A stretch of 64,000 bases of DNA from Azolla caroliniana (lineage: Eukaryota; Plantae; Polypodiophyta): positions 3,348,001 to 3,412,000 of the forward strand of contig JBHGNT010000017.1 of NCBI GenBank assembly GCA_043228905.1. The letters run 5' to 3'. Shown here one piece after another: positions 41,274-54,464 of this stretch; positions within the stretch are counted from its first letter, which is position 1; every line of letters starts with the position of its first letter. The translations under genes and the position numbers were made by a program. Below the pieces are notes generated by a model, which saw only the letters and a list, made by a program, of their open reading frames with translations, did no database searches and was not told the origin of the DNA.

Positions 41274-42932
41274 ACCATGAAGACAATAGTAATGGCGCGA
41301 TTCATCCAAAAGGGCGGGAAAGAATTTACTAACATGTCATTAGGGATTTACTAACTTATCCCAAGTAATTGGGTTGATAACATGCCATTAGGGAAAGAAA
41401 CATTTACATTATTAAATTATGAATGACAAATCTTAAAATTTCCAATCCAATCAAATTGGTCAATGACCATGGTCGACACTTTCTTAAAAAACAAATACAT
41501 GGCTCTCTCGAGCTACCACATGCATGGTAATCTACAAATAGGACACAATTTAATAGTATGACAATTCTCATGCAAATTACGCAAGCTAAATCAAGAGGTA
41601 GTTATGAATGAAAGGCAAAACATTCTGTCCATCAATAGTATTGTTGTGCATGCAATCACTTCAAGGCACTTTATAAGAGAACAAGGCTTCACAAATAAAC
41701 GTGGATGGGAGTAACAACTAATCAATGTGAGTGCACACAAGAGCTCTAGATGATGACAAATATCCAAATGTGTGCATGTTTCTTCAATATAATAGAGATG
41801 AAAATTAAGCAAATGACACTCGCAAGTTTAAGGAAAGACATGTGGGGAGGAATAAAGAAGATGACAAGAATGATTAAGATGTCAAAAGGGAAGAAGACTT
41901 ACAATTCTAATAGTAGAAAAACAAGTTATATACATTTTCCTTCTTCTACTTCTACATATTTTCCGATGAGCTTGAAGATCGGTTACTCAACAAGTTGGAT
42001 ACATGTTTCTTCTTCTTCTACTACTTATTTTCCAATGATTTTGACGGTCGGTTACATACGTGAATTTTGGGCATACGTTATTATTGTTGTTATTTTGGGC
42101 GTAGAGATAATAAAGAGGTTACTAATGAGAGGGGAGAGAGGTATAAGAAGAGAGAGTGCCTGCGTGAGTTCTCATACGGAGAGAGAGAGAGAGAGTCTCA
42201 GAGAGAGAGAGAGAGAGAGTTGGGCACTCCCATACAAGCTAGAATAGAAGGTCTAACTAAGGTAAAGCAATTCATTCCATTTACATAACAAATTTTCTTC
42301 TTCGATGGTGTGTTAAAAAGTGGCATCTCATTTCTCAACCTCTAACAACAAGAAGCAACCTTGTTTTGTTATGGAGTTATCCTTGGAATAGATCCTATAA
42401 CTAGTACATGTTCATGGTTACTCCTCTGTGGGTTTAAACTCTTTGCTTCTTGTGTGCCTCTTTTTGCTTGTTTATGATTAGAGTTTGGTAAAATTGAATT
42501 CATTGGTTGTTTATTGACACTTTTGAATGATTTCAATAGAGCTCATTAGATGCATTGATCCAACACTTTATTGTAGGTTGGCATATTCTAATGTTTTGAG
42601 CTGTTAGGATAAAAAAACTAATTTTGAGAGTTTGATCCTTCGAGTCTTCGTGAACAGCCTACGATGGAGTGGGTTGATCAAGCACTTTATTCTAGCATGG
42701 TTGATCCAACTGCTGATTCTAGTTTGTTGTAGGTTGATATTGTTTTAGTCATTATGATAAGAATAATAAAACTACTTGATTGTAACCATTATTTGAAGCT
42801 TGAAATTTGTAGGCATCACAAGGTGTGTCAACCTCACGAACATCTCAATGATGCAAACATCATTGTGCTCTTTGGCTTCTTCTAACCTGATTTTTTTCAT
42901 ATTGGGTAAGTGATTTCATCTTAAATTGCTAC

Positions 42933-45900
42933 ATGTGGGTTGTGGGACTATCAACATCATTGTGTTCTTATTGTGCAGTTAGTACCTTTATAAAATGTGG
43001 GGTTGCATATGATGCTTTGTTTGTCTTCGGAGACTCCTATGCAGACACAGGGAATCACGACAAGTTGGATTCTAGAATAAATTTGATTGGAGAGGCAAAC
43101 AATCGGCCTTGGCGAGAACCATATGGAATGACTTGGCCAAGGTCTCCCTATGGTAGATACTCCAATGGAAGAGTTTTCACAGACGTTTATGGTAAGAGTT
43201 CACGCACTTGATTTGGGTTCTCTTCTTTCAACCAATGAAAATACGATGATAACAAGGCTTTTGTGTGCCCTTGGGATACTTGTTTATATGTTCCATTCTA
43301 TCAAAATGAACATGCTAAGATTGTTTCTTACATGATTGAATATATTATTCCTCATACAAAACAACCATCAGCATGAGTTTGCCAATTTGACAACTCATGT
43401 CACAAACTATATGTTGTACTCGTGGAACATTTAGACCTTTAAAAAACTATGCATGTAGGACATGCACAAATCAAATAACACATAGAGACTATACAATTTT
43501 TTATCGTCCACGAGAAGATCAATTTTGACCTATGAGACCAAATAAACTGATAATCTTGTATGTGACTCCTTCCTAAGAAGGAGGATTAATAGTGAAAATA
43601 ATGCTCACACTTTCACCCTTCTTGGTGGAAATTTGAGTATGACACTTAAATTATCATGCAAACAAGTATTCATATAGTATTCTTCTACTTCTCACAGATT
43701 ATCTTATATGCTAAGCATGCTAGAAGTGGCATTCGTCGTTCACTGAGTTTCCCCATTATATATCTCTCATATCTTCATACTAGGGCAATGAGACCATGAT
43801 GTTACCTCAACACCTAACATGTGTTTGCAATTTTGAGGAAATGTTAAGGCTCTTATGAGAGCTAAGGGTCATGGGGGTAGTAAGACATGGTTGAGTACAT
43901 TCTAGCATTTTCACCTTATATTGGGGCTAACATTGAGGGTTAACATTTGTAATGCAACATTCCAATTTTGACATTTTAGCAAATTGTCACTTCATACTTG
44001 GTGCCTCTAGTAATCTATACTTGATGACATACTTCATATCATCACTTGAGAGCTCCTATAGATATTTAAACCATTTTATAATCTCAAGCACCAACTAAAT
44101 GACAAGATTTTGCTCCTATTAGTTTTTCGTATCTTGTATCCTATTTTCCATGTCTATTTTGGCAATCACTTAAGTTCCATGTCTATTTTGGCAATCACTT
44201 AAGTTCTCTTACAAATCCTTTAAATCATTTCATAATGTCAAGCACAAATGAAAGGATTTTCCTCCTATTAGTTTTTTGTAGCTTGTATCCTTTGTTCCAG
44301 GTCTATGTTGGCAATCTATGATTGACGTATTGTTTACTTGTGTTGTATACGCTTTGCATGGTGAGTACCCTTATGGGTCAAGGACTTATTTTGAATAGCA
44401 TAATAGGATAGGATGTTCAGGATTTAACTCCAAATTGTCCAAATTACCTTGTTAAAATTTGGCCCATTAATTTGATATAATAATTTCATTACATCATCTA
44501 AGTGTTGTATATCATCCAAAGTATATGAGAATAACATACCATCATTGACATGTATAAGAATATGAAAATAATCTCTTGTACAAGTTTTAGGTCATTTAAT
44601 CATTCTTCTTTTGAGGCCTTGCTTACTATTTCTTTTAGATTATTAGTGCATAGGCCAAAGAGTGTGGGAGAGATTGGACACCTTAATTGACCCATGTTGC
44701 TCAAGAAGTACTTTGAGAAACCACTATCCAACTCCGATGTTGGCATCAACTTTCTTGACCTCCATGTTGGCATCTAACTTGCTCATATAAATGTAATATA
44801 GTTGTTTTATATTCATGGAACTATGATTTCCATCATATTTTAAGTTTATATAGGGAGGGCTTGAGCCTTATTACAATGAAGGGATGGTACGACAATTTCA
44901 GGAGTCTTAAGTATTACACGTTGATATAATTTTTAGCCTTTGATCACATCCTACTAAGGTTTCCACACATTTTTGACCAACCCCAATCCTTCCATGAATT
45001 TCTCTCACAACAATCATTGTGTATTGGCCCTCGATTGCAACATTCATTGGTAAAGTTCTTAAACATAGAGAGTCACTGCTCACTTTCACATGTCTATGTG
45101 AAATGTTATATTTTTGGTCTCATATGGCATATTCTCTCTCTTTTCTTTTCTTGTAATTAGCTTACCCTAGTGGCAAGTTGTTAACACTACAAGCATTGCG
45201 TCATGGGTTTGAAACCTAATTTTTCTCACTTCTCTCTATTGTATACTTCATATATATCTCTTAATTCACTAGATGCCGCTGTGGAATGTAGGGGTTGAAC
45301 ACACGCCCACCTGGTCTCCATTGGGCAACCTTACCAACTGAGCTACATCCATATGGCATGTTTGCTCTCTCTCTCTCTCTCTCTCTCTCCCTCTTTTGTA
45401 ATTACCTTACCCTAGTGGTAAGTTGTTAGCACTACAAGCATTGTGTTCTGGGTTCGAAACCCAACATCCTCACCTCTCTATTATATACTTCTTATATATC
45501 TCTTAATTCACTAGATGCCACTGTGGAATGTAGGGGTTGAACACTTGACCACCTGGTCTCCATTGGGCAACCTTACCAATTGAGCTCTCTCTCTCTAAGT
45601 TCCTTACCCTAGTGGTAAGTTGTTACACACTATAAAGACATAGCTCTCTCTCCTCGTAAGTACTTTACCCTAATGGTAAGCTGCTACACATTATAAAGAC
45701 ATAGCTCTCTCTCTTCGTAAGTACCTTACGCTAATGGTAAGTTGTTACACACTACAAGCACTATGTCTTGGGTTTGAAACCCAATTATCTCACCTCTCTA
45801 TTACATACTTCATACATATCTCTTTTTAATTCACTAGATGCCACTATGGAATGTAGGGGTTGAACCCATTACCTCTTGGTCTCCATTGGGCAACCTTACC

Positions 45901-48174
45901 AACTGAACTACATCCATCTAAGCTCTCTGTCTCTCTCTTAGTTGAAAAATATATAAATGACTAAACCCGGTTTGAGCAAGTTAAGTAGGGTTCAAGCCGA
46001 ACCAAATCGCCAAACAATTTAAGTTTAAAATGGTTTGGTTGCATCTACTTCATATTCACTTTATTCAATCATATACGTGTAGGTCAATCAACTAACTTCC
46101 ATTTTATTAGATGCTCTATGTTGATCACTCTTATCATTGTGTAATGTTATAGGGTAGCATATAGCTCTAATACCATGTTGAGTTCATGTGAGAAGGTCAT
46201 GCAACACATGGAGCACATATTTTAATTTTGATGAGTGGACCGAGGATAGACTACATTTATATGTATAGGAGCAATTAATTCATACATGATAGTGGTCGTT
46301 AGTCAACACTTGTCGAGAGCGAGTAGTCGGTAAAAACTACAATTGTGGTACATGTACTAATTTGGACTTGTCAAGTTTCAATTACTTAATTACTTAGTAG
46401 ATTTTATTATCAATCTGTAGGATATAGTTAAGTGATACAATATTAAGTAAAGACGAGAGAAATGGATAAAAACTAGTTTGATTAATAAAAAGGAGCTATA
46501 ACAATGTGAAAATGCTTAAGGTTAGTAAAGCAGAATTAGGAGCACAACTCAACTAATGGTGAATGTAAGAAACGAAGGCGTAATTTAGATAACTTTGGCT
46601 ATGAATAATCAAATATGTCTTTCTCTTCTACTTGCTTATGACTTAACGATGTTCTTCATTGTCAAACTTTTTTCCCTTGTCTTCTTATGCTCTCATATAG
46701 AGGGAGTCAAGATTGACAACTATATTAAGTATCGTGTATGTCACTCACATGTATGGTGTTAAAGTCCCATCAACTACATAAGTTCTTGAACTTGACATTG
46801 GAAGATACCCTAACACTTATTAATTACATTGTAGTTGATCCTCAGATCCTATATAATAGTAGGTGGTTGGGGCATACATTTACATTAGTTTTATTATTAC
46901 AAACCTAATAGACAATCAACAATGAGCGAGAATATTTCCCAAGGCCAAAACCAAACATAACCAAGATAATGATGTCATTTAAATGTACTCAACAACATAT
47001 TTACCTTCCTATTTTTATATCTCTTGCAGCATCTCGTTTGAACGTGGCACCACCAATGCCTTATAATATCCTTAACATCACCACTATCAACCATTCTAAT
47101 AATAACACCAATTCTTCACAAGGACTTTGGGTAGGCATTAATTTTGCATATGGGGGAGCTGGTTTATTCTCTTCATCGGGTCAAAACTATCCTACAATTG
47201 GTAAACAAATTCAACAATTAAAAAAACTTATCGATGAAGGAATAGTGTCAAAGGAACTCATAGCAAAATCAATATGTGTCCTTGTCTTTGCTGGTGTTGA
47301 CTACAGCCTATTTCTTGCAAGAAACCCTTTAAATTCGGTAAGTCTTACCTTTTCTCTTAAATGTTTTGCTTATTATGATCATTACATGTTTCATGCTCTT
47401 TCTTTATGTTATTATAAGTGCATGTGTTTTACCAACTCAAAGCTCATTTGCATATATTCGTTGATGCGATATAGATAAACACATTTATTAAGAAGGTGAT
47501 CGATGAGATTGGAATTGAAGTAGAAGCACTCTATCAATTGGGTTTTAATGCTATCGCTGTGACTAATTTGGAGCCTGTTGGTTGTTTGCCCCTTGCAACG
47601 CACTTGAACAATTTTACGTCTTGCAATGAAACAATCAACTTTGCATTAAGCGTGCCTCACAATTTACAACTTCAATTTAAAATAGCTGGTCTACAACTCA
47701 ATCATCTTACCACAAAGTTCATTGTCATAGACTTCTACACAGCTTTTCAGATTGCAATAGGTAATACAATTTCTAATCTTACTTGTTTTGAAATGATAAG
47801 GGGAGGAATTATATTGTGGAAATGACATGGTAACTTAGGATTTGTACCATCTATTAGCTCTTTAAGAGCTATCCGAAGTTATAACATAGTTAATTAAAGA
47901 ATTTACAATTGCATTCAATTCGTTTACACGCATGTAGATGCAAGTATATAGCTTACTTTACATGCTAACATGGTTTGAGGTGATAGGTGCAAAATTTCCA
48001 CTAAGGCCATGTTGCCAAGGTATTAATGGAGCTTTGTGTGGAGCCATTGACAACAATGGGGCACCTCTTTACAAAATTTGTCCTTCACCCCAACGATCCC
48101 TCTTTTGGGATTTAAGTCACCCCACTGATAATGGATGGGCAAGGATTTCCAATGCCGCGTTGGCTTTTGTATGA
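42933..48174 (+). CDS. GDSL esterase/lipase (SGNH hydrolase), 4 exons
   Basis: Exons ~42933-43191, 47030-47337, 47475-47760, 47987-48174 with GT-AG and consistent phases. Motifs FVFGDSYADTGN, PYGMTWP..GRYSNGR, NFAYGGAG, LEPVGCLP, PCC, FWDLSHPT. The start codon is uncertain. Confidence 0.9.
43490..44440 (-). mobile_element. RTE-X-like LINE 3' fragment in GDSL intron 1
   Basis: Collinear similarity to 4850-5660 (aattttgacctatg.gaccaaat, ggaaatttgagtatg, ctcaacacctaac, gtgcctctagtaatctat). Confidence 0.6.
44900..45135 (+). mobile_element. RTE-X-like LINE 3' end (subfamily of 17720-18350)
   Basis: gagtcactgctcactttcacatgtctatgtgaaatgttatatttttggtctcata matches the reverse complement of ~17765-17830. 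Confidence 0.55.
45155..45920 (+). repeat. Tandem cluster of the double-tRNA-like SINE unit (3 full copies plus partial heads) separated by (CT)n
   Basis: Units ~45155-45350, 45398-45587 and 45717-45915, each accctagtggtaagttg...gggttcgaaaccc...tgtggaatgtaggggttgaac...accttaccaactgagctacatcc. Confidence 0.8.
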
Positions 48175-49681
48175 ACAAGAAGTTCTTATAGTTTCATGAT
48201 TCATGTAGGTATGGAAATAATTTTGTAAGTCTTTGTTAGGCTGAAAAAAAACTTGTTTGTATATAATACTTATGGCATATTTTACAAGCAAGCTTAAACA
48301 ATTGTCCATTTATCTTTGGTAATTCAAAAGTATATTGTTGCCGAACACAAAATTATTCCGGTATCTATGCTAGGGAAATAGGGCATTTGAATCTAGAATA
48401 TTGTCCTTTTTGTGTATTTACCATATCAAGGACAAAGCACAATGTAAAAAATGTCTTGATTTTGGGCTCAAGCCCATTTTCGTAGGGGCACATGCACCCA
48501 TTAGTCGTCTTTAGATATGTGCCCCTACTAAAATGGGGAGTCTACGAGCCACTCTTGTAAATTATCTTATCCCTATTCTTGCTTCGACCTATGTTACTAC
48601 TCTTGAATGTGTTTCCAATCATGTTTTTATGCAACCCTCTCACTTCAATGCAAGGTCACTACAAGTTGCTCGTGTATCCACTCCTATCCTAATTCCTACT
48701 TTGGCCTCTTTTCCACTATTGTGTTTTATTTTCTTGTTTTTGCTCCTATATCCCATGTCCCATTAACTTATATTAGTGTAAATACTCTCGGTGCCCAACG
48801 CGCTCACCCTTCCAAACTCAAAAGTAATCTATTAGAAGAATTAGTCTTGTTCATTAGGAGAAGAGTCCTTGATTTTCAATAAAGAACAGGAAATGGCCAA
48901 CCACAAGATAATGTGTAAACTTTTTAACTTTATATATCATTGTTATCTCTTCTATTTCAGTGGTTGAATATATGTATACCACTTGAATGACATGGCAACT
49001 ACAAATATGACAGGAAAATCCATCATCCCCTTTCTGGAGCATTTTTATGGACACGAAATTCTCACTCCCAATTCGGTAACCTAAGTATGTGAATGTAAGC
49101 CAATAGTGTCAAAATTTGTGGTTTTAAAAGAATCGTATGGAAAACATTATGGATCCAGAGAATATGATGGAAGGGCGAGTCAAAACACCATTGTGTTGAT
49201 TCACTCAACTACACAAAAGGGTCCTAGTCTTGTGTTCAACTTGTTGCATGGGCAAGTTGTCACTATATTGCAATTCAACAACCAAACCTTATCTTTGACC
49301 TATTAGGTACGTGTTGTATGCAACAATGAAGACATCAACATCAATACTAAGGACAAAAAAGTAACATAAGAGAGTAGAACATATAAATCCATAGCCTTAT
49401 AGTCACCCCAATGCAAAAGGAATGAGGCCTTTTGTAAAGAGCTACAAAAGGTAACTTTTTTAGTCATTTTTAGTTATTCTTTTAAGAGTTTTTGTCCCCT
49501 TAAGATCTAAATGCCCTCTCTTTGATACTCTTCAAAGTTAAGTGTTAAATGTACTTTGAGGTAATTCCTGATATCTCTCTTGTATGCATTTTGTGGTTAT
49601 CCTAAAACTTTATTTTATTTTAAAACAAAACTACACCATAGTTTCCATTACCAATCCAATAAGCCTATACAAGGCATATAA

Positions 49682-50040
49682 TGATACAATCTAGTGGGGG
49701 GTAAGATAGCAAAGAAAAGGTATATCCCCCAAGATGGCATAAGTGAAACCAAATTCCAACTATGGAGGAAACAACCATCGAGGGGGTACATATTGCCAAA
49801 CCATTTTTTCATTTCTTTCCACAAAGACGAACAAATCCTTCCACTTGCCTTTAAATGATTGTTTCCTCACTATGTCATAAGTGATACAATCTAGTAGAGG
49901 GTAATATAGCAAAGAAAAGGTATATCCCCCACAATGTCACAAGTGAAACCAAACTCCAGCTATGGAGGAAACAACCATTGAGGGGGTACATATTGGCAAA
50001 CCATTTTGTCATTTCTCTCCACAAAGACAAACAAATCCTT
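49682..50040. repeat. Diverged direct duplication (~160 bp, period ~200)
   Basis: tgatacaatctagt...aaaggtatatccccc...acaaatcctt at 49682 and 49881. Confidence 0.8.
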
Positions 50041-50398
50041 CTGAAAGATGATATCTTCATTACCAGTGAGGGAGTCATATTGACCTTTTAAAATTGAAAT
50101 AAGCATCTACCAACTTCCTTCACACAATGAACAAGATTCTACTTTATTTGTTGAAACACATTTTTGCATTGATCTATCCAAATATTCCTCAAAATCACAG
50201 ATGATATCGTAGCCCATACTATTGCATCCACATTCAACCGATTTATGGTACATCCTTAACTTGCCTTCCCCTAGTTTGAAGGGTAAATAATATATTTTCC
50301 CTTTCATAATTATGCTTATGTGGTTATCCTAATTAATGGAATTATGCTTGGATTAAGGACCCATGTTCTTTTTTCATTCTTTTTTCTTGTCTTAATGA

Positions 50399-50730
50399 GG
50401 CACTAGTAAGTTTGTAGTCAAGATAACCTTTAGAGAGAGGTGAGCTAAAGTTCACTACATCTAGATATGAAATGTAAGTGGCTTGAGATTATTTAATAAC
50501 CAACCTTTGCCACACTCACATTCAATAGGGTATATGGTGGTTTGGACTCTTCTTTATGTCTAACACTAAAGACTTAGTGGGGCACTACTAAGCTCTTATT
50601 GAGGATAACATTTAGAGAGAGGTGATTTAGAGCTTGCTACGTCTAGATATGAAAAGTAAGCAACTCAAGAGTGTTTAACAACCACCCTTGTTTGACTAGC
50701 CATCAATAGGGTATACATCGGTTTGGACTC
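50399..50730. repeat. Diverged direct duplication (period ~182)
   Basis: ggcacta.taag...tttagagagaggtga...ctagatatgaaa.gtaag...caatagggtata...tttggactc occurs twice. Confidence 0.75.
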
Positions 50731-50949
50731 CTAAACAACCAATCTCCTAAAGGCAGCATAACTATGTCAAGACACAGACGTGTGTTTGGTGAAAGCACAA
50801 AGAGCTAGCATGCAACCTTTATGTTTGGTAACATGGTCTATTGTCGATCAACTCGATCCTTATACATTTCTTGAGAATGGATGAGTTTGATTGTTAAGTT
50901 GTAATTAACCTCCTTAGGAATCCTCACTCCAAACTTTTCCCTGGAAGGA

Positions 50950-51518
50950 TTTGTTACCTAAAACAAGCCCCTCCGAATGGAAAGAGCAGAATTCGGATTG
51001 GAGTCCAAGGAGCAAGAACTGGATGGTAGAGCACGAGCCGGATCGGATGGATCCGAAGAAGAAGAGAGACCAGATCCGTAGCCGGATCGGCTTGAAGGCG
51101 TCCGGAGAGGTATCCAAAAGTGGACATATTTGTAAATAGCCCATAGTATGTATTAGTATAAATACATCTACGGTAAATCATTATGGAGTGTGCGTGTACT
51201 TCTTGTTGTCATTGTTACTAGATGCGTTGAGAGAGTGTGAGAGAGAGAGTGGTAACTCTGTAACCGTCTATAGATAAAGAAGAGCTAAAGGTTGTTGCCT
51301 CGAAGTCTCTTATTGTATTTCCCTTGATGTAGTGATTATTTGGAGTTTGTGGACTCCCGTGGTTTTTCCCTTTAGGGTTTTCTACGTTAAATATTGTGTC
51401 TCAATGATCTGTGTATTTTTCCCTATTTTTTGTTTTCATTCAATCTCTTGTTATTCTCTCATTGTTGTTTGAGAATAAGTTGTGGCCGACTCCATATATA
51501 TATAAATATATATATATA

Positions 51519-51569
<51 letters not shown>

Positions 51570-52956
51570 AACTAGTATCAGAGCAATGGACGAACATCTC
51601 AGAGGAATGTTGAAGCTAACCGACGCCAACTATTATGTCAGGAAGTCGAAGGTGAGAGATATGTTGGTGTGCAAAGACCTTTGGTTGTCGGTGCAGTTCA
51701 GAGATGGAAAGCCATACAAGATTGATGCATCAACTTGGAAGGTTATGCATCTGAAGACGGCATCCGTATATAAGAGACCACGACAGACGTCCTTTGAAGA
51801 AGATCAACATAATGTTCGAAAACAATAATGTCGTCAACAAAGTCTCCGTATTCTGGAAGATTGTGAGACTCCGGTATCAGGATGGCTCCAACATGGCAGA
51901 GCATCTCAACGCATTCCAACGACTAATAAATCAAACCACCTCTCTAGAAGTACCTCTTGTCGATGAGGTATTGGCACTATTGTTGTTGGGATCCCATTTG
52001 GATAGTTGGGAAACACTGGTTGTCACATTGGGCAACGCTGGACTAGAAGGGAAGCATTTATCCCTAAAGACGGTGAAGTCGAGCCTGTTAAATGAAGAAA
52101 CTCATCGGAAGGACAAAGAGTCTATAACCGATCCACACATACGAGCTGACAGAGTTATCGAAAGGAAAGAGGGTGCTCCAAAATAAGTGGGTGTACAAAC
52201 TAAAACCGGGAGATGGCGGAAATCCACCAAGGTATAAAGCACGTATTGTGGTGAAGGGCTTCCAACAGAAGAAAGGAATGGATTTAGACGAGATTTTTGC
52301 CCTGGTGGTGAAGGTGACATCCATCCAGACAGCGTTGAGCATAGTGGCCAGCATGGACCTTGAAGTCAAGTAGATGGATGTCAAGACAACCTTTCTACAT
52401 GGTCATCTTGAAGAGGAGATATGTCAAAAAGGAGAAGGAGAACCTGGTATGGCGGTTAAGGAAGAGCCTTTATGAATTGAAGTAGGCTCCCCGGCAATGG
52501 TATCGGAAGTTCGAATCTTTCATGGCTGACCAAGGATACCACAAGACGCAGGCCGACCACTATGTGTTTGTGAAGAAGTTTGACGGAGGAAACTTCCTCG
52601 TCCCCTATTGTACATGGACGACATGTTGTTTGTTGGATGGGACCATATCAAGATCGGAATGCTGAAGAAGGCCTTGAGCAAGTCTTTCTCAATCAAGGAC
52701 ATGTTTCCTGCAAGGCAAATCCTGGGGATGCACATAGTCCGAGATCGGTCAAAGGGGTTATTGTGGCTATCATAGGAGAATTACGTGACAAAGGTGCTCC
52801 AGAGGTTCGGTATGGAAAGCGCAAAGCATGTCAGCTCGACACTACCGACTAACAGTCAACTATCAGGGAGACAATGTTCGAAGACGAAGATGAAGACGGA
52901 GAAGACTGAGATTATGACGGTCCCCTATGCCTCAACAATCAAAAGCTTGATGTAGG
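50950..52956 (+). mobile_element. Internally deleted, truncated Copia related to family B
   Basis: LTR-like region ending in (TA)n-CA, then PBS-like TAGTATCAGAGC at ~51573. gag similar to element B (LLLLGSHLDSWETLVVTLGNAG) joins directly to RT (NKWVYKLKPGD..YKARIVVKGF). The 5' boundary is approximate. Confidence 0.85.
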
Positions 52957-53449
52957 TTGTCGTGGTATTCCGTGTGTATGTGTCGAACACAAGGTGGGAT
53001 CATCGGGGTCTCGGACCAAGGATCCGGTAAGGGAAGAGAGATTATCCAAATCGGTGTGTGGATAATTTCGTTGGAGCGTGGTCCGGGCACGTATCCGATC
53101 CGGACCAGTCTCCGGATGCTAGATGATGAGCGCACAGGCTCGGGCACGCGTTGTCGTGTGGTTTTTCACACACGATATAAAAACTAGTAAAATAATTATT
53201 TACGATTAGCTTAATATATTGATATGGAAAGATAGATGTGTTCAAGAGCTTCATAGCGTATTTTACTACGCATAAAACGGATAAACAAGTATCAAGTTAT
53301 GTGAGTGTGAAGTTTCAAGAAAAGAAAAGAAAAGACAAAACTTTGAGATATCCCAAATAGATAGGACAACATTGGAACCCAGAATATATAAGGGAAACCA
53401 AAACATATTCAATGTGTGGAGCACAAAATGTTCAAGGTGACTTGGGCTA

Positions 53450-54464
53450 CAATGTGTGGTGTGCACGCTTCGGGCTTACGTGTGTATGCACGATTGTGTT
53501 TAACACTTCGGGCGTACGCGCATGTGCATGGTTGTGTTGACGTCTTCAGATGTACGCGCGAGTGCAAGTTTCGGGCGGATGCGTGTGATGCGTACACTAC
53601 GGCGCGGTTGCGTGAACGTCTTTGGATGTATGCGCGTGTGCAAGTTTTGGGCGTATGCGTGGACGTTTTGGATGGACACGTGTGCGCGGACGCATGTGTG
53701 CACATGCATGGATGCGTACACTACGGTGCGGTCGAGACTTTTGCTCGCGGACATTCGGATGTACGCGCGTTGTTGTGAAGAAAACCGTCCACAAGCGGAA
53801 TCGGTGCACAGGAGCGTAGGAGCCGGCTCTTCTCGAATGTTGTCCATAGAAGATCCTAGGCAGGTAGATTTAGTGGGTAGGAAGTAAAGGGGAAACGGCT
53901 CCTTCCTTGCCTATAAAAAGGAGGGAGACGAGAAGGGGGAGGGGATTGCGGAGAGTCGAGGACGAAGTGCTGTCGGTTTGCGTGCGAAGGCTTCTCTCTC
54001 TCTCTCTGGTTCGCAAACTCCATAGCTTCCTTCTGTGCAGGTTACGGGAGGCTCGCGCTGCTCCGAGGAATGCCCGAGTGCTTCCGACAGCACCTCCAAC
54101 CTGCTCCTATCTTTTCTGTGCGTTTACGAACAGGCATCGGCATCTGTTCGCCGGCCTGTTCGGTTGTGTAACCGACTTCGTGTTTTTGTTGCTTCCGTGT
54201 TCTTGTTGTTTGTCTTTGTTAATACATACATACATTCGTGTCTCTCTGTGTCGCTGTCCCACTCGCGTCTTTGTGTTGAAGGGCCGTGTCCCTGTGAATC
54301 TACGCTCGCACGTAGTGGGTCTCTTGTCCCTTCTCTCTTGCTCTTCGGTACAGGACCCCTGAGGTCCCGCCTCATTCCACGCATCCGCGAGGAAAACCTC
54401 GACAACGTGTGCAAGTTACGGGCGTACGCGTGGACGTTTCAGACGGACGCGTGTGTGCGCACGC
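53450..54464. repeat. CpG-rich degenerate short tandem repeat, interrupted by LTR insertions
   Basis: Recurring gtgcaagtt(t)cgggcgtacgcgtggacgtttt.gatg units on both sides of the solo LTR at 53771-54404. Confidence 0.65.
53771..54404 (+). mobile_element. Solo LTR of Gypsy family C
   Basis: TGTTGTGAAGAAAACC...CCTCGACA, 634 bp and highly similar to 57283-57916. Flanks are GCGT/ACGT (4-bp TSD with one mismatch). Confidence 0.9.
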
